Below, one piece after another: positions 40,282-49,794 of a stretch of DNA of 64,000 bases; position 1 is the first letter of the stretch; each line of letters begins with the position of its first letter. Source of the DNA: an uncultured Alphaproteobacteria bacterium (GTDB lineage: Bacteria; Pseudomonadota; Alphaproteobacteria; Rhizobiales; Xanthobacteraceae); NCBI GenBank assembly GCA_963738845.1, contig CAVTYJ010000028.1, forward strand, positions 26,383 through 90,382. The letters run 5' to 3'. A program made the position numbers and the translations under genes. The notes beneath the pieces were generated by a model that saw only the letters and a list, made by a program, of their open reading frames with translations, was not told the origin of the DNA and ran no database searches.

Positions 40282-41199
40282 GTGCAGATTTATCTTCCGA
40301 TCGCCGACATTCCGGTCAACATTTTCCTCATCCTGGCGATGGGCGCGGCCGTCGGCTTCGTCTCCGGCATGTTCGGCATCGGCGGCGGATTTCTGATGAC
40401 GCCGCTGTTGATCTTCATCGGCATCGCGCCCGCGGTCGCGGTCGCCTCGGTGGCCAGCCACATCGCGGCCTCCTCCTTCTCCGGCGCGATCGCCTATTGG
40501 CGGCGGCGCGCGATCGACCCCGCGCTCGCCGCCGTGCTGCTGGTCGGCGGCGGCGCCGGCACCGCGCTCGGCGTCTCCACCTTCACATATTTGCGCTCGC
40601 TCGGTCAGCTCGACCTGATGATCGCGCTGTCCTATGTCGTGCTGCTCACGACGGTCGGGGCGGCGATGCTGTGGGAAGGGCTGCGCGCGATCCTGCGCAC
40701 GCGGCGCGGTGCGACGCCGCCGCGCCGCTCTCATAACTGGATTCACGCTCTCCCCTTCAAGATGCGCTTCAAGCGCTCCAAGATCTACCTCTCGGTCATT
40801 CCTGTCGTGGTGGTCGGCATCGTCATCGGCTTCATCGGCGCCATCATGGGCATCGGCGGCGGCTTCATCCTGGTGCCCGTGATGATCTATCTGTTGCGGG
40901 TGCCGACCTCGACCGTGATCGGGACGTCGATGGTGCTCACGCTGGTGACCATGCTGTTTGCGACGCTGCTGCATGCCATCACCAATCATCTGGTCGACGC
41001 GGTGCTGGCGCTGATCCTGATGATCGGCGGCGTCACCGGCGCGCAGTTCGGCGCGCGCGCGGGCCAGAGGATCCGGGGCGAGCAACTGCGCGTGCTGCTC
41101 GGGCTTTTGATTCTCGCCGTCGGCATCCGCTTCGCGGTCGAGCTCGTGATCCGCCCCGACGAGCTCTTCACCATCCGGGAAACGGGGGCCGCGCAATGA
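40282..41199 (+). CDS. TauE/SafE (DUF81) family anion exporter-like membrane protein
   Basis: Polytopic protein with repeated GxGGG motifs (GMFGIGGGFLMTPLL, GAIMGIGGGFILVPVM). The start is GTG. Confidence 0.85.
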   Translation: MQIYLPIADIPVNIFLILAMGAAVGFVSGMFGIGGGFLMTPLLIFIGIAPAVAVASVASHIAASSFSGAIAYWRRRAIDPALAAVLLVGGGAGTALGVSTFTYLRSLGQLDLMIALSYVVLLTTVGAAMLWEGLRAILRTRRGATPPRRSHNWIHALPFKMRFKRSKIYLSVIPVVVVGIVIGFIGAIMGIGGGFILVPVMIYLLRVPTSTVIGTSMVLTLVTMLFATLLHAITNHLVDAVLALILMIGGVTGAQFGARAGQRIRGEQLRVLLGLLILAVGIRFAVELVIRPDELFTIRETGAAQ

Positions 41200-41975
41200 G
41201 CCGCAGCGCTCTCCTCGCGATCGTTCTGTTCACGGCTGTCGGCCTCATCGGCCCGGCGCGCGCGGAACGGCTGATCGTCTCGATCTCCAATCACCGCGTC
41301 ACCGTGACACCCAATTATTCCGGTGAGGAGCTCGTGCTCTTCGGCTCGGTCGAGCGCGATGCCTCGACGCCCACCGCCCGCACCGGTTACGACCTCGTGG
41401 TGACGGTCGCGGGCCCCCGCGCCGACATGGTGACGCGGCGCAAGGAACGCGTGTTCGGCATCTGGATCAACACCGACTACCGGCAATTCCTGAAAGTGCC
41501 GACTTATCTGGCGCTGTTCGCCAATCGCCCCTTCGACGAGATCGCGCCGCCCGAGGTGCAGCGCCGCCAGCAGCTTGGGCTCAACAACGTGATCCTGACC
41601 CAGCGCGTCGGACCTGATTATGCCGACGTCGTGCCCAACAATTCGTTCCGCAGCGCCTTCATCCGGCTGCGCGAGGAGCATGGGCTTTACCGCGAGGACA
41701 CGTCCGCCGTGACGTTCCTGACCCCGACATTGTTCCGCACGGGGATTCCGCTGCCGGCCGAAGTGCCGATCGGCACCTACGACGTCGAAATCAAGCTGTT
41801 CTCGAACGGCGCGCTGGTGACGCACACCGAGACCGCCTTCGAGATCGTCAAGGTCGGCTTCGAGCAGTTCGTCGCAACGAGCGCGCGGCAGAACGGCGTT
41901 GCCTATGGCCTCGTCACCGCCGTGATGGCGCTGATGACCGGCTGGATGGCTTCGATCGTGTTCAGACGGGATTAG
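41196..41975 (+). CDS. TIGR02186-family (Alph_Pro_TM) membrane protein
   Basis: Signal peptide, a periplasmic domain and a C-terminal TM segment. The start overlaps the TauE stop (ATGA). This is a pairing I recall as conserved in alphaproteobacteria. Confidence 0.7.
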   Translation: MSRSALLAIVLFTAVGLIGPARAERLIVSISNHRVTVTPNYSGEELVLFGSVERDASTPTARTGYDLVVTVAGPRADMVTRRKERVFGIWINTDYRQFLKVPTYLALFANRPFDEIAPPEVQRRQQLGLNNVILTQRVGPDYADVVPNNSFRSAFIRLREEHGLYREDTSAVTFLTPTLFRTGIPLPAEVPIGTYDVEIKLFSNGALVTHTETAFEIVKVGFEQFVATSARQNGVAYGLVTAVMALMTGWMASIVFRRD

Positions 41976-42045
41976 CGAAGCGGACGTCATCGCAGGGCGC
42001 GGTGGAATTTTCGGATTGACTGGCTGGCTTCGCTGCCTCTGTGTT

Positions 42046-42071
42046 GGTGGGCACGCTGCGCTTGCCCACCC
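42046..42071. repeat. REP-like hairpin GGTGGGCA...TGCCCACC downstream of pdeM
   Basis: GGTGGGCAcgctgcgctTGCCCACC. It belongs to the same family as 57478-57550 and is related to 31112-31186. Confidence 0.7.
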
Positions 42072-42094
42072 TGCGATTCGGCACAAGGAATCAA

Positions 42095-42769
42095 TCAATA
42101 ACATCTCGAGGCGGCGATGGAGTGCATCCTGACATCGCCGAGCACATGGGCCATGAAATCGAGCGAGGCGAAGATCTTTGCAAAGGCCGCGTCGCGGATG
42201 CTCAAGCCGCCGGTATAGGCGCCGAACGCCGGCATCACCGTGCGCTCGCCGTCGCAGGCAAAGCAGCGCCGCTCCATGGCGCGGCCGCGGGTGGCGACGC
42301 GCGCCTTGGGATGCAGATGGCCCGCGATCTCGCCGAACGCGCCGGTCGGCTCGTGCCGGAAATGGATCGGCCCGATCGCCACTTCGGTCGCGACGATGCC
42401 GCCGAGATCGGACGGCAGCGCGGGATCGTGATTGCCGGAGATCCAGATCCACTCGCGCCGCGCCTGCAGGGCCGCCAGCGCCTCGCGATCGCTTTTCGAC
42501 AGTCGCCGATGCGCCTCGCGATCATGGAAGCTGTCGCCGAGCGCGATCACCATGCGCGGATCGTGCCGCGCGATGACGGCTGCAAGCCGGCTCAAGGTCG
42601 CAACCGTGTCATAGGGCGGCAGCAGCACGCCGCGCGCGGCGAAGCTCGAGCCCTTTTCCAGATGCAAATCGGAGACCACGAGCAGCTTCTGCTCGTCCCA
42701 GAACAGTGCGCCCGAAAGATCGGCCGTGAAGCTCACGCCGGCAATCGAAACCCTCGAGCAGCGCGCCAT
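42095..42769 (-). CDS. pdeM: ligase-associated DNA damage response endonuclease PdeM (metallophosphoesterase)
   Basis: LLVVSDLHLEKG, ALGDSFHD and SGNHDP calcineurin-like motifs, directly downstream of the Lhr-type helicase. Confidence 0.88.
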   Translation of the reverse strand: MARCSRVSIAGVSFTADLSGALFWDEQKLLVVSDLHLEKGSSFAARGVLLPPYDTVATLSRLAAVIARHDPRMVIALGDSFHDREAHRRLSKSDREALAALQARREWIWISGNHDPALPSDLGGIVATEVAIGPIHFRHEPTGAFGEIAGHLHPKARVATRGRAMERRCFACDGERTVMPAFGAYTGGLSIRDAAFAKIFASLDFMAHVLGDVRMHSIAASRCY

Positions 42770-42814
42770 GCTGTCGTCCGGATATTGCGCCCCCGCCCTC
42801 ACGTCTTCCGTCCG

Positions 42815-45382
42815 CTATTCCATCGCCTCTTTCACGAGCTCGCTGGCTGCTTCCGCCAACAGCTCGTCGGATGCTTCGCCATAAACTAACTCGCGGCCGA
42901 TTTCCAGCATCACCGGCACAGCGAGCGGCGAAACATGGTCGAGCGCGCGATGGGTGATTCGCCCGTGGATTCGCGAAAGCATATCAGAGAGCCGGCGCAG
43001 ATCGAGCAGCCCGCTTGCGGCATCTGCGCGCGCCCCACGTAACAAAACGTGATCGGCCTGATGCTTGCGCAGCACGTCGTAGATCAGATCGGTCGAGAAC
43101 AGCACCTGCCGCCGCGATTTCTCCTCGTCGGTGAAGCGCCGTGCGATCAGGCCCGAGATCAGCGCGCAATTGCGGAAGGTGCGCTTCATCAGCGCCAATT
43201 CGGCCAGCCACGCCTCCAGATCGTCGCCCAGCATGTCGGATTCGAACAGGGCATCGAGATCGAGCATGCGCTGGCGGATCATGAAGGACATGTCGCCGAC
43301 GCTCCAGATCGCGAGCGCATATTCGTTGGCGACGAAACCGAGCGGGCGCGCGCGGGCGCGCTCGAGCCTGCGCGTCAACAGCATCCCGAGCGTCTGATGC
43401 GCAAGCCGGCCCTCGAAGGGATAGCAGACCAGATAATGCTTGCCGCCGCGGGGGAAGGTTTCGACCAGCAATTCGCGCGTGCCCGGCACGCGGGAAAAAT
43501 CCCGCTGCAGCGAGAGCCAGTCGCGCACCTGCTCCGGCAACGCGCCCCAGGCGCGCCTGTCATCGAGCAATTTGCGCACGCGCTCGGCGAGATAGGTCGA
43601 GAGCGGAAACTTGCCGCCCATGTAGGACGGCACCTTGGCGTCCTTGTCGTTGGCGCGGGAGACGTAGACCTGGTCCTCGACCAGCGCTTCGTAGCGGACG
43701 ATCTCGCCGCCGAACACGAAGGTATCGCCGACCACGAGGCCCTCGATGAAATACTCCTCGATCTCGCCGAGCATCCGCCCGCCGCGTGCAATCGCCCCGG
43801 TCGAACCTGAGCCACCGCCACGCGAGCGCACGAGCTTCACCTTCAGCATCGGCTCCTCGACGATGGTGCCGACGTTGAGGCGATAGCTCTGGCGAACTTT
43901 GGGATTGGAGACGCGCCAGCGGCCGTGCTTGTCCTGCCTGATGCGCGCGAAGCGCTCATAGGTTTTCAGCGCATAGCCGCCGGTCGCGACGAAATCGACC
44001 ACGTCGTCGAAATCGGCGCGCGTGAGCTCGGCGTAGGGCGCGGCGGAGCGCACCTCGGCATAAAGCTCGTCGGACAAGAACGGCTGGCCGCAGGCGCGGC
44101 CGAGCACATGCTGGGCCAGCACGTCGAGCGCACCGGTGCGCAGCGGCGGCGTGTCCTGCGCGTTCTCGGCGATCGCCTCGATTGCGACCGCGCATTCCAG
44201 CACCTCGAAGCGATTGGCCGGCACCAGCACGGCGCGCGAGGGCTCGTCGAGGCGGTGATTGGCGCGGCCGATCCGCTGCATCAACCGAGAGGAGCCCTTG
44301 GGCGCGCCGATGTTGATGACGAGATCGACGTCGCCCCAGTCGACCCCGAGGTCGAGCGATGAGGTGCAGACTACGGCGCGCAGCTTGCCGGCCGCCATCG
44401 CGTCCTCCACCTTGCGGCGCTGGGCGACGTCGAGCGAGCCGTGATGCAGCGCGATTGCGAGCGCGTCGTCGTTCATGCGCCAGAGATCCTGGAACAGCAT
44501 CTCGGCCTGGCTTCGCGTGTTGACGAAAACGAGCGTGGTCTTGTTGCGCCTGATCAGCTCATAGACCTCGCCGAGCGCATGGCGCGCGGTATGGCCGGCC
44601 CAGGGCAGGCGCTCGCGCGTATCCAGCATCTCGACGATCGGCGGCGCGGCACCGCCGGCCGTGACGATATCGGCCGGAACGCGCTGGCCTTCCGGCTGCG
44701 GCACGAGAAAGCGCGCAAGCTCGACCGGCTCGGCGACAGTCGCCGACAGCCCGATCGCGCGCACCTGCGGCGCGAGCTGCCAGAGGCGCGCCAGGCCCAG
44801 CGACAGCAGATCGCCGCGCTTGGAGGTGACCAATGCGTGCAATTCGTCGAGCACGATGCGCTTCAACGACGAAAACAGATAGGGCGCATCGTCGGAAGAG
44901 AGCAGCAGCGCAAGCTGCTCCGGCGTGGTCAACAAGATATCCGGCGGATAGCGGCGCTGGCGCTGGCGGCGCGACACCGGCGTGTCGCCGGTGCGGGTCT
45001 CGACCTTGATCGGCAGCGCCATCTCGGCGATCGGCGCCTCCAGGTTGCGTGCGATATCGACTGCGAGCGCCTTGAGCGGCGAGATGTAGAGCGTGTGCAG
45101 CCCGCGGCTGCGCGTCACGCCGCGCCCGGTGGAGATCAAGTTGGCCTTGCCGGCCGGCTTGTCACCGCTCAATTCCACCAGCGTCGGCAGAAAGCCGGCC
45201 AGCGTCTTGCCGGCGCCGGTCGGCGCGATCAAGAGCGCCGAACGCCCCTCGCGCGCCTTGTCCAAGAGCGCGAGCTGATGTGCGCGCGGCGACCAGCCGC
45301 GCGAGGCGAACCATTCCTGGAAACGCTCCGGCAGCGGCGCGGGCGTCTCGAACGGCAGCCCGGGTTGGGTGATCAGCGACAC
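42815..45382 (-). CDS. ligase-associated DNA damage response DEXH-box helicase (Lhr-like)
   Basis: Walker A (APTGAGKT), DExH (VLDELHAL) and the helicase C motif (HHGSLD...TSSLDLGVDWG). The 855-aa length fits the Lhr core. Confidence 0.92.
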   Translation of the reverse strand: MSLITQPGLPFETPAPLPERFQEWFASRGWSPRAHQLALLDKAREGRSALLIAPTGAGKTLAGFLPTLVELSGDKPAGKANLISTGRGVTRSRGLHTLYISPLKALAVDIARNLEAPIAEMALPIKVETRTGDTPVSRRQRQRRYPPDILLTTPEQLALLLSSDDAPYLFSSLKRIVLDELHALVTSKRGDLLSLGLARLWQLAPQVRAIGLSATVAEPVELARFLVPQPEGQRVPADIVTAGGAAPPIVEMLDTRERLPWAGHTARHALGEVYELIRRNKTTLVFVNTRSQAEMLFQDLWRMNDDALAIALHHGSLDVAQRRKVEDAMAAGKLRAVVCTSSLDLGVDWGDVDLVINIGAPKGSSRLMQRIGRANHRLDEPSRAVLVPANRFEVLECAVAIEAIAENAQDTPPLRTGALDVLAQHVLGRACGQPFLSDELYAEVRSAAPYAELTRADFDDVVDFVATGGYALKTYERFARIRQDKHGRWRVSNPKVRQSYRLNVGTIVEEPMLKVKLVRSRGGGSGSTGAIARGGRMLGEIEEYFIEGLVVGDTFVFGGEIVRYEALVEDQVYVSRANDKDAKVPSYMGGKFPLSTYLAERVRKLLDDRRAWGALPEQVRDWLSLQRDFSRVPGTRELLVETFPRGGKHYLVCYPFEGRLAHQTLGMLLTRRLERARARPLGFVANEYALAIWSVGDMSFMIRQRMLDLDALFESDMLGDDLEAWLAELALMKRTFRNCALISGLIARRFTDEEKSRRQVLFSTDLIYDVLRKHQADHVLLRGARADAASGLLDLRRLSDMLSRIHGRITHRALDHVSPLAVPVMLEIGRELVYGEASDELLAEAASELVKEAME

Positions 45383-45432
45383 GGCTAACAGCTAAGCCGT
45401 CCCGGACGTTTCGTCGAGGGCGGGCCCCGATC

Positions 45433-45515
45433 CGTCATTGCGAGAAGCGAAGCGACGAAGCAATCCAGAGTCACGCGTGCGACTCTGGATTGCTTCGCTG
45501 ACGCTCGCAATGACG
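45433..45515. repeat. 83-nt near-perfect hairpin repeat element
   Basis: CGTCATTGCGAG...GAAGCAATCCAGAGTC-acgcgtgc-GACTCTGGATTGCTTC...CTCGCAATGACG. From memory, this element type is widely dispersed in Bradyrhizobiaceae genomes. Confidence 0.75.
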
Positions 45516-45559
45516 AGGCAACAGCCCTGCAGCTGCATTTGCGGCACCTCCGATCCACA

Positions 45560-46040
45560 GGACAAGGAGCCGAGACGCGACTTTGCACTCCCGCGACACG
45601 ATTGCGCCCGAGTGTTGCCAGGTGAACGTCCCTCGAGAAAGTGAGGGCGCAGGGAATGCTGGATGCGCACTCGCACCCATAGCCTCGCGTGGGATTAACG
45701 AGAACCACACGAGCTTCAGTCACTACAGGTTCAAGCCGCGTCCACGACATTCCCTGCGCAATGGTTTTAACGGATGCTTCGGGCTCTCCCCGGTGTCCAT
45801 GACTTTTTAGTCACCGTCGCGCGCGGATTCATCATCTACGCACTTAGCACCAGCCCAGGGGTGCCAGGACCACACGACTTCTCCGTCCGCGGCTGTGCCG
45901 TCCGTCCGACGACGCACCCGCGTCCACCGCATCCCAATCCAACGTCCGTGACGGTCGCGAAACGCCCCTCGATCCGGATTGGAACAAAACGTGAACATAG
46001 AGGTGAGTCGGGTGGGAGTTAAGGGATGCAACTCCGCGCC
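45560..46040. repeat. non-coding stretch resembling a dispersed Bradyrhizobiaceae intergenic element
   Basis: No convincing ORF is present. Its pseudo-translations (ESEGAGNAGC, GPHDFSVR, PHPNPTSVTVAKRPS) resemble recurrent junk ORFs I recall from these genomes. Only one copy is in this window, so the sequence alone does not support the call. Confidence 0.35.
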
Positions 46041-46045
46041 AGGGC

Positions 46046-47557
46046 TCATTCCTTCTGGACTTGAACGGGGGCTCCATGGGTATCGGGAGTGCCGGGAAGG
46101 ATTACGAGGTAGCGACGCGGGGCCTTGTCCTCGCCGCGCACCAACTGACGGATGGGTCCGATCGCATTGACGACGGCAGCGCCCGCGGGGTTGGTCATGA
46201 AGCCTTGCAGCGGCTCGAGAACGCCGGTGCCCGACGGCTCGCTTGCAAGCGCAAGCAGATATGGCTTTCCCGGCTCGAGACCGGTGACCGCGGCCTCCAG
46301 CACCTGCACCAGCCCCTGATCGGACAGCGAAACGCTGGTCGGCGCTTTTGCATCTTTTCTCGCGCCGGGCGGCGCGAGCCACAGCTCCGTCGACTGGCCG
46401 GCAATGCCGAGAGGCTGCAGGTTGCTCGTTCCAAGACCTTCGGGCACCACCATCATCCGCGTCATCGCCGCGTTGGATGCGCCGCTCATTGCGGGGACGG
46501 CGTCGGGCACGTAGACGAGAGCTTGCGGCGCCTGGCCGATCGGACTCGTCGCGATCACTTCGTTCTTCAGCGTATCGATTGCGGTGACCTTGTCCTCATT
46601 CTCAAGACCAACATAGACGCGCGTGCCATCCCCGGACGGCCAGATACCGTGCGGCAACTTGCCGACCGGGATGGTCGCGACCAGCTCGAAATTGTCTGTG
46701 CGAAACACCTTGATCTCGTTGAGCCCGCCGATCGTGATGTAGGCAAACATGCCGTTGGCATTCCGCACGAAGTTGACGTGGTTGGTGATCGGACCGGTGT
46801 CCATGGTTTTCAGCAGCGCAAAGGGCGGTTGCGCATCGAACACTTGGGTCTTGCCCGTGTCCTTTAGCGTGAACCAGACCTGCCTGCTGTCCGGCGTCAC
46901 CGCGATGTTGGGACAGAACGGGCTGGCTTGCGGAACCCTTCCCACAATTCTGTGATCGGCAACCGCGATGACCTCGGTCTCCGGCGTGAACGAGGAGCAG
47001 ACGTAGCCGTATTTGCCGTCGGGCGAGAAAATCGTCATGCCCGGACCGTTGGGAACGATGATCCGCGTCGTCTCCTCGTAAGTCGTGCCGTCGAGAACGG
47101 AGACGTAGTTCTCGCCGCGAACGACGACCCAAACCTCTTTGCCATCCATGGTAAAGAACGCTTCGTGTGGGGAACGCCCGATGTAAGTGACGTGCTTGAC
47201 GCTGTTGCTTGCGGTATCGATGAAGATCACCGCATTCGAGCCGATCGCCACGACCGCGATGGTGCGATGATCGGGCGAAAACCCCATGCCGTGCACCAGC
47301 AACTGGCCCCTGTAGAGCGGACTGAGATTGGCAGGCAGGGAATCGCCAAGGCGGATGGTGCCGACGAGCTTGTTGTCGACGGGATCGGTGACGGAAACCG
47401 TGTTGGAATACTGTTCGGCGGAGTAGACACGATCCTGATGGCTGATCGGTATATCGGGATCGGTCGCGGCCGCGGGAGCCTGTCCCGCGAAAGCATGGCG
47501 CAAACCGAAAAAGCCTGTCGCGAGCAATAGAACGGCCAGTATGACGTTGCGTCGCAT
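46046..47557 (-). CDS. secreted YVTN-family beta-propeller repeat protein with an extra C-terminal domain
   Basis: Signal peptide and repeated YVTN-like units (VSVTDPVDNKLVGTI, GMGFSPDHRT, IFSPDGKYGYV, IAVTPDSRQVWF, PHGIWPSGDGTRVYV). The unassigned C-terminal domain is about 130 aa. Confidence 0.8.
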   Translation of the reverse strand: MRRNVILAVLLLATGFFGLRHAFAGQAPAAATDPDIPISHQDRVYSAEQYSNTVSVTDPVDNKLVGTIRLGDSLPANLSPLYRGQLLVHGMGFSPDHRTIAVVAIGSNAVIFIDTASNSVKHVTYIGRSPHEAFFTMDGKEVWVVVRGENYVSVLDGTTYEETTRIIVPNGPGMTIFSPDGKYGYVCSSFTPETEVIAVADHRIVGRVPQASPFCPNIAVTPDSRQVWFTLKDTGKTQVFDAQPPFALLKTMDTGPITNHVNFVRNANGMFAYITIGGLNEIKVFRTDNFELVATIPVGKLPHGIWPSGDGTRVYVGLENEDKVTAIDTLKNEVIATSPIGQAPQALVYVPDAVPAMSGASNAAMTRMMVVPEGLGTSNLQPLGIAGQSTELWLAPPGARKDAKAPTSVSLSDQGLVQVLEAAVTGLEPGKPYLLALASEPSGTGVLEPLQGFMTNPAGAAVVNAIGPIRQLVRGEDKAPRRYLVILPGTPDTHGAPVQVQKE

Positions 47558-47558
47558 A

Positions 47559-48062
47559 TCACGGCTCCTTCACCGGCGTTGCGCTGCCGAGTTTCCAATC
47601 ATTGATCGCCGCAGGCTGAATTTGATCGTGCGCTGCGGAGGGCGGCAAGGCTTGACCGAGCGATAGGCGCATCGCTGTGATCTCTTGAAGCTGGGTGATG
47701 ATGATTTCCTGAGCCATGCGTCGGAGCGGCTCATTGCGTCCGTAACGCAGTTCGGCCTGCGCCATCTCGATTGCGCCCCGATGGTGCGGCACCATCATCG
47801 CGACAAAATCGGTATCGACGTCGCCTGACGGCCTGATCCCCATGTCGATCATCATCTTTGTCATGGCGCCGACGTTTTCGGCGAGGTACGGAGCCTCCGC
47901 TGCGGGTGCGGAACCGAATGCCGTCGCGCAGATCCCTGAGACATACTCTGCGAGCGATTGCCGGCTGGCTGGATAGACGGTCAGATATGCGGTGACGGCA
48001 ACGGCGCCGACCGCGATCGCCGCCACATGCGAGACGATTGATGTGCGAAAGACGGATGACAT
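47559..48062 (-). CDS. DUF305 domain-containing protein
   Basis: N-terminal TM/signal anchor and the DUF305 signature DVDTDFVAMMVPHHRGAIEMAQAEL. Its stop lies 1 nt from the propeller gene start. Confidence 0.82.
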   Translation of the reverse strand: MSSVFRTSIVSHVAAIAVGAVAVTAYLTVYPASRQSLAEYVSGICATAFGSAPAAEAPYLAENVGAMTKMMIDMGIRPSGDVDTDFVAMMVPHHRGAIEMAQAELRYGRNEPLRRMAQEIIITQLQEITAMRLSLGQALPPSAAHDQIQPAAINDWKLGSATPVKEP

Positions 48063-48437
48063 GACTTCCCCGCGTGCGATGGCGGCAAACCCGGCTGACC
48101 GGCTTGCGCGTGATGGTCCCGGAAATGGGCTCGGCACCGGCCCCGTAGGGCAAATGCGATACCGACAAACAACGCTGACAGTATGGCAGTCAGCGGCCGA
48201 GGTGCTCAGTTCTCCCGAAATGACGATATCACATCATGGCATGGGCGACCGCGTGGAAACTTCGCCGCCTCAACCTCCCGAAGAACTGATTTTTCATTTA
48301 AATCGTGTGCGGCTTTGGAAACTGCATGAGTTTTGTGCTCAACTCCAATTCGCCGCGACGCAAGCCTTCGGGCAAACTGTCGTACACTCGATACCCGTTC
48401 CAAATGGCCAACGCGCTCCAAGCCCAGGGGGACTACG

Positions 48438-48704
48438 ATGAGGAATCTGCCGGTCGCGGTCTTTGCGCTGTCGCCCGCGTCAGCAAGGACGGTGGCGTAC
48501 ACGGGCGAAAATTTTGCCAAGATGACCGACCGAATGGGTTCTATGACCTACGGTCCCAAAAAGGTGGCCATGATGAGGCAGATGGCAATGGTCAATACCG
48601 ACATGAGCAACGGCGACATGCGGGGTGCTTGCAGGCATTACGTCATCGCCCAGAGAATACAGAACAACGAGCCCGATCCCTTCATGAACCTGCATTTCGA
48701 GTGA
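48438..48704 (+). CDS. small secreted Met-rich protein (hypothetical)
   Basis: Signal peptide MRNLPVAVFALSPASA with a GGGGGA RBS upstream. The mature part has about 10 Met in about 68 residues (MTDRMGSMTYGPKKVAMMRQMAMVNTDMSNGDM). The local GC is low. Confidence 0.5.
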   Translation: MRNLPVAVFALSPASARTVAYTGENFAKMTDRMGSMTYGPKKVAMMRQMAMVNTDMSNGDMRGACRHYVIAQRIQNNEPDPFMNLHFE

Positions 48705-48738
48705 CCGGCGGATCGATATCCTCGGGCACCAACTCAGC

Positions 48739-49666
48739 TCAACTTCGGCTCGCAACCACCACCAGCCCGCGCACCGGCGCGTTGTCCTCGGTGCGCGGCG
48801 AGGCTTCCTCGCACATCGCAAGCTTCAAGCCCGCGTCTGCGATTGTCTTGCGGACATAGTCCGCGCTGTGGGCATAGCGCAGGCCTGCGCCGATCGCGAC
48901 ACCGTCGCCATGATGCGTCTCCAGCGTGAAGGCGATCAGCCCGCCTCCGGTCAGCACGCGCTTCGCTTGCGAAAGCACGGCTGAGAGATCGCCGACGTAA
49001 ACAAACGCATCCGCGGCCAGCACGAGATCGGCGCTCGACTTCTGGCTCCTGCCGCAAGCCATCGACCATGTCGCACGCTTCGAGGCTCTCATAGAGTCCC
49101 GTGGCGCGGGCGTGGTCGATCATCCCAGGCGACAGGTCGATGCCGATGAAATGGTCGACGTGCCCCGCAAAGGCGGATGCCGCAAGCCCGGTGCCGCAGC
49201 CGAGATCGATGGCGCGCTTGAAGAAGGCGGGCTTCTTTTCGGCCGCTCGCACCGACAGCACCGCCTTGAACAGCAGTTGCGGCGCGCGATAGTCGAGATC
49301 GCCGAGCAGCACCGCCTCGAAGCGCGGGGCATACTGGTCGAACAGCGTCTGCACATAGCGCCTCGGCATCTCGGACAATGGCGCGGCGCCGAGCCGCATC
49401 AGCCAGACGGCCGCGCCGTGGCGATCGTCGGGATCGGCCGCGCGCGCTTTACGGAATGCCGCGATCGCCGCGGCGCTCTGGCCGAGCTTCTGGCGGATTT
49501 CGCCGAGCGTGAACCAGGCCGAGGCAAAGTTCGGCGCGATTTCGATCGCCTGCTCCAGGAGATCGGCGGCCGCCGGCAGATCGCCTTTCAATTGCAGGTC
49601 GCGCGCGAACTCGAAGCGGCGGTCGGCAAGCAGATCGCCTGAGGAGAAGAACAAGCGCGCGGGCAT
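48739..49666 (-). pseudogene. TPR + class I SAM-dependent methyltransferase, interrupted by a frameshift near 49040-49060
   Basis: The upstream frame carries TPR-like repeats and motif I (AIDLGCGTGL), then degenerates into Arg-rich nonsense after DMVDGLRQEPE. The adjacent frame continues with a sensible methyltransferase sequence (KSSADLVLAADAFVYVGDL...RVLTGGGLIAFTLE). Confidence 0.7.
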
Positions 49667-49680
49667 AACCTCTCTACAAT

Positions 49681-49794
49681 CGTCGTGGCCGGGCATCGCC
49701 GCCCGAAGGACGGCGTCGCCGATGCCCGGCCATCCATCGGTCAAGAAGGTTTTTCTTTGAGATGGATGCGCGGGTCAAGCCCGCACACGACACC
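49681..49794. repeat. REP-like composite element (same family as 55636-55728)
   Basis: It shares CGTC(A/G)TGGCCGGG, CCCGGCCATCCATC and AGATGGATGCGC(C/G)GGTCAAGCCCGC(G/A)CA(T/C)GAC blocks with the 55.7 kb copy, and it has internal hairpins. Confidence 0.75.

Noticed and set aside
45385-46022. Short ORFs at 45385-45750, 45392-45676, 45438-45644, 45583-45810 and 45774-46022.
   Set aside because: They lie within hairpin and repeat elements on both strands and have no coding signature. They are treated as repeat-derived pseudo-ORFs.
48173-48195. The inverted repeat CGCTGAC-agtatggca-GTCAGCG in the DUF305/mini-protein divergent region, as a metal-regulator operator.
   Set aside because: It has only a 7-bp stem, there is no adjacent regulator gene, and it matches no operator consensus I know. 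It is noted here but not called.
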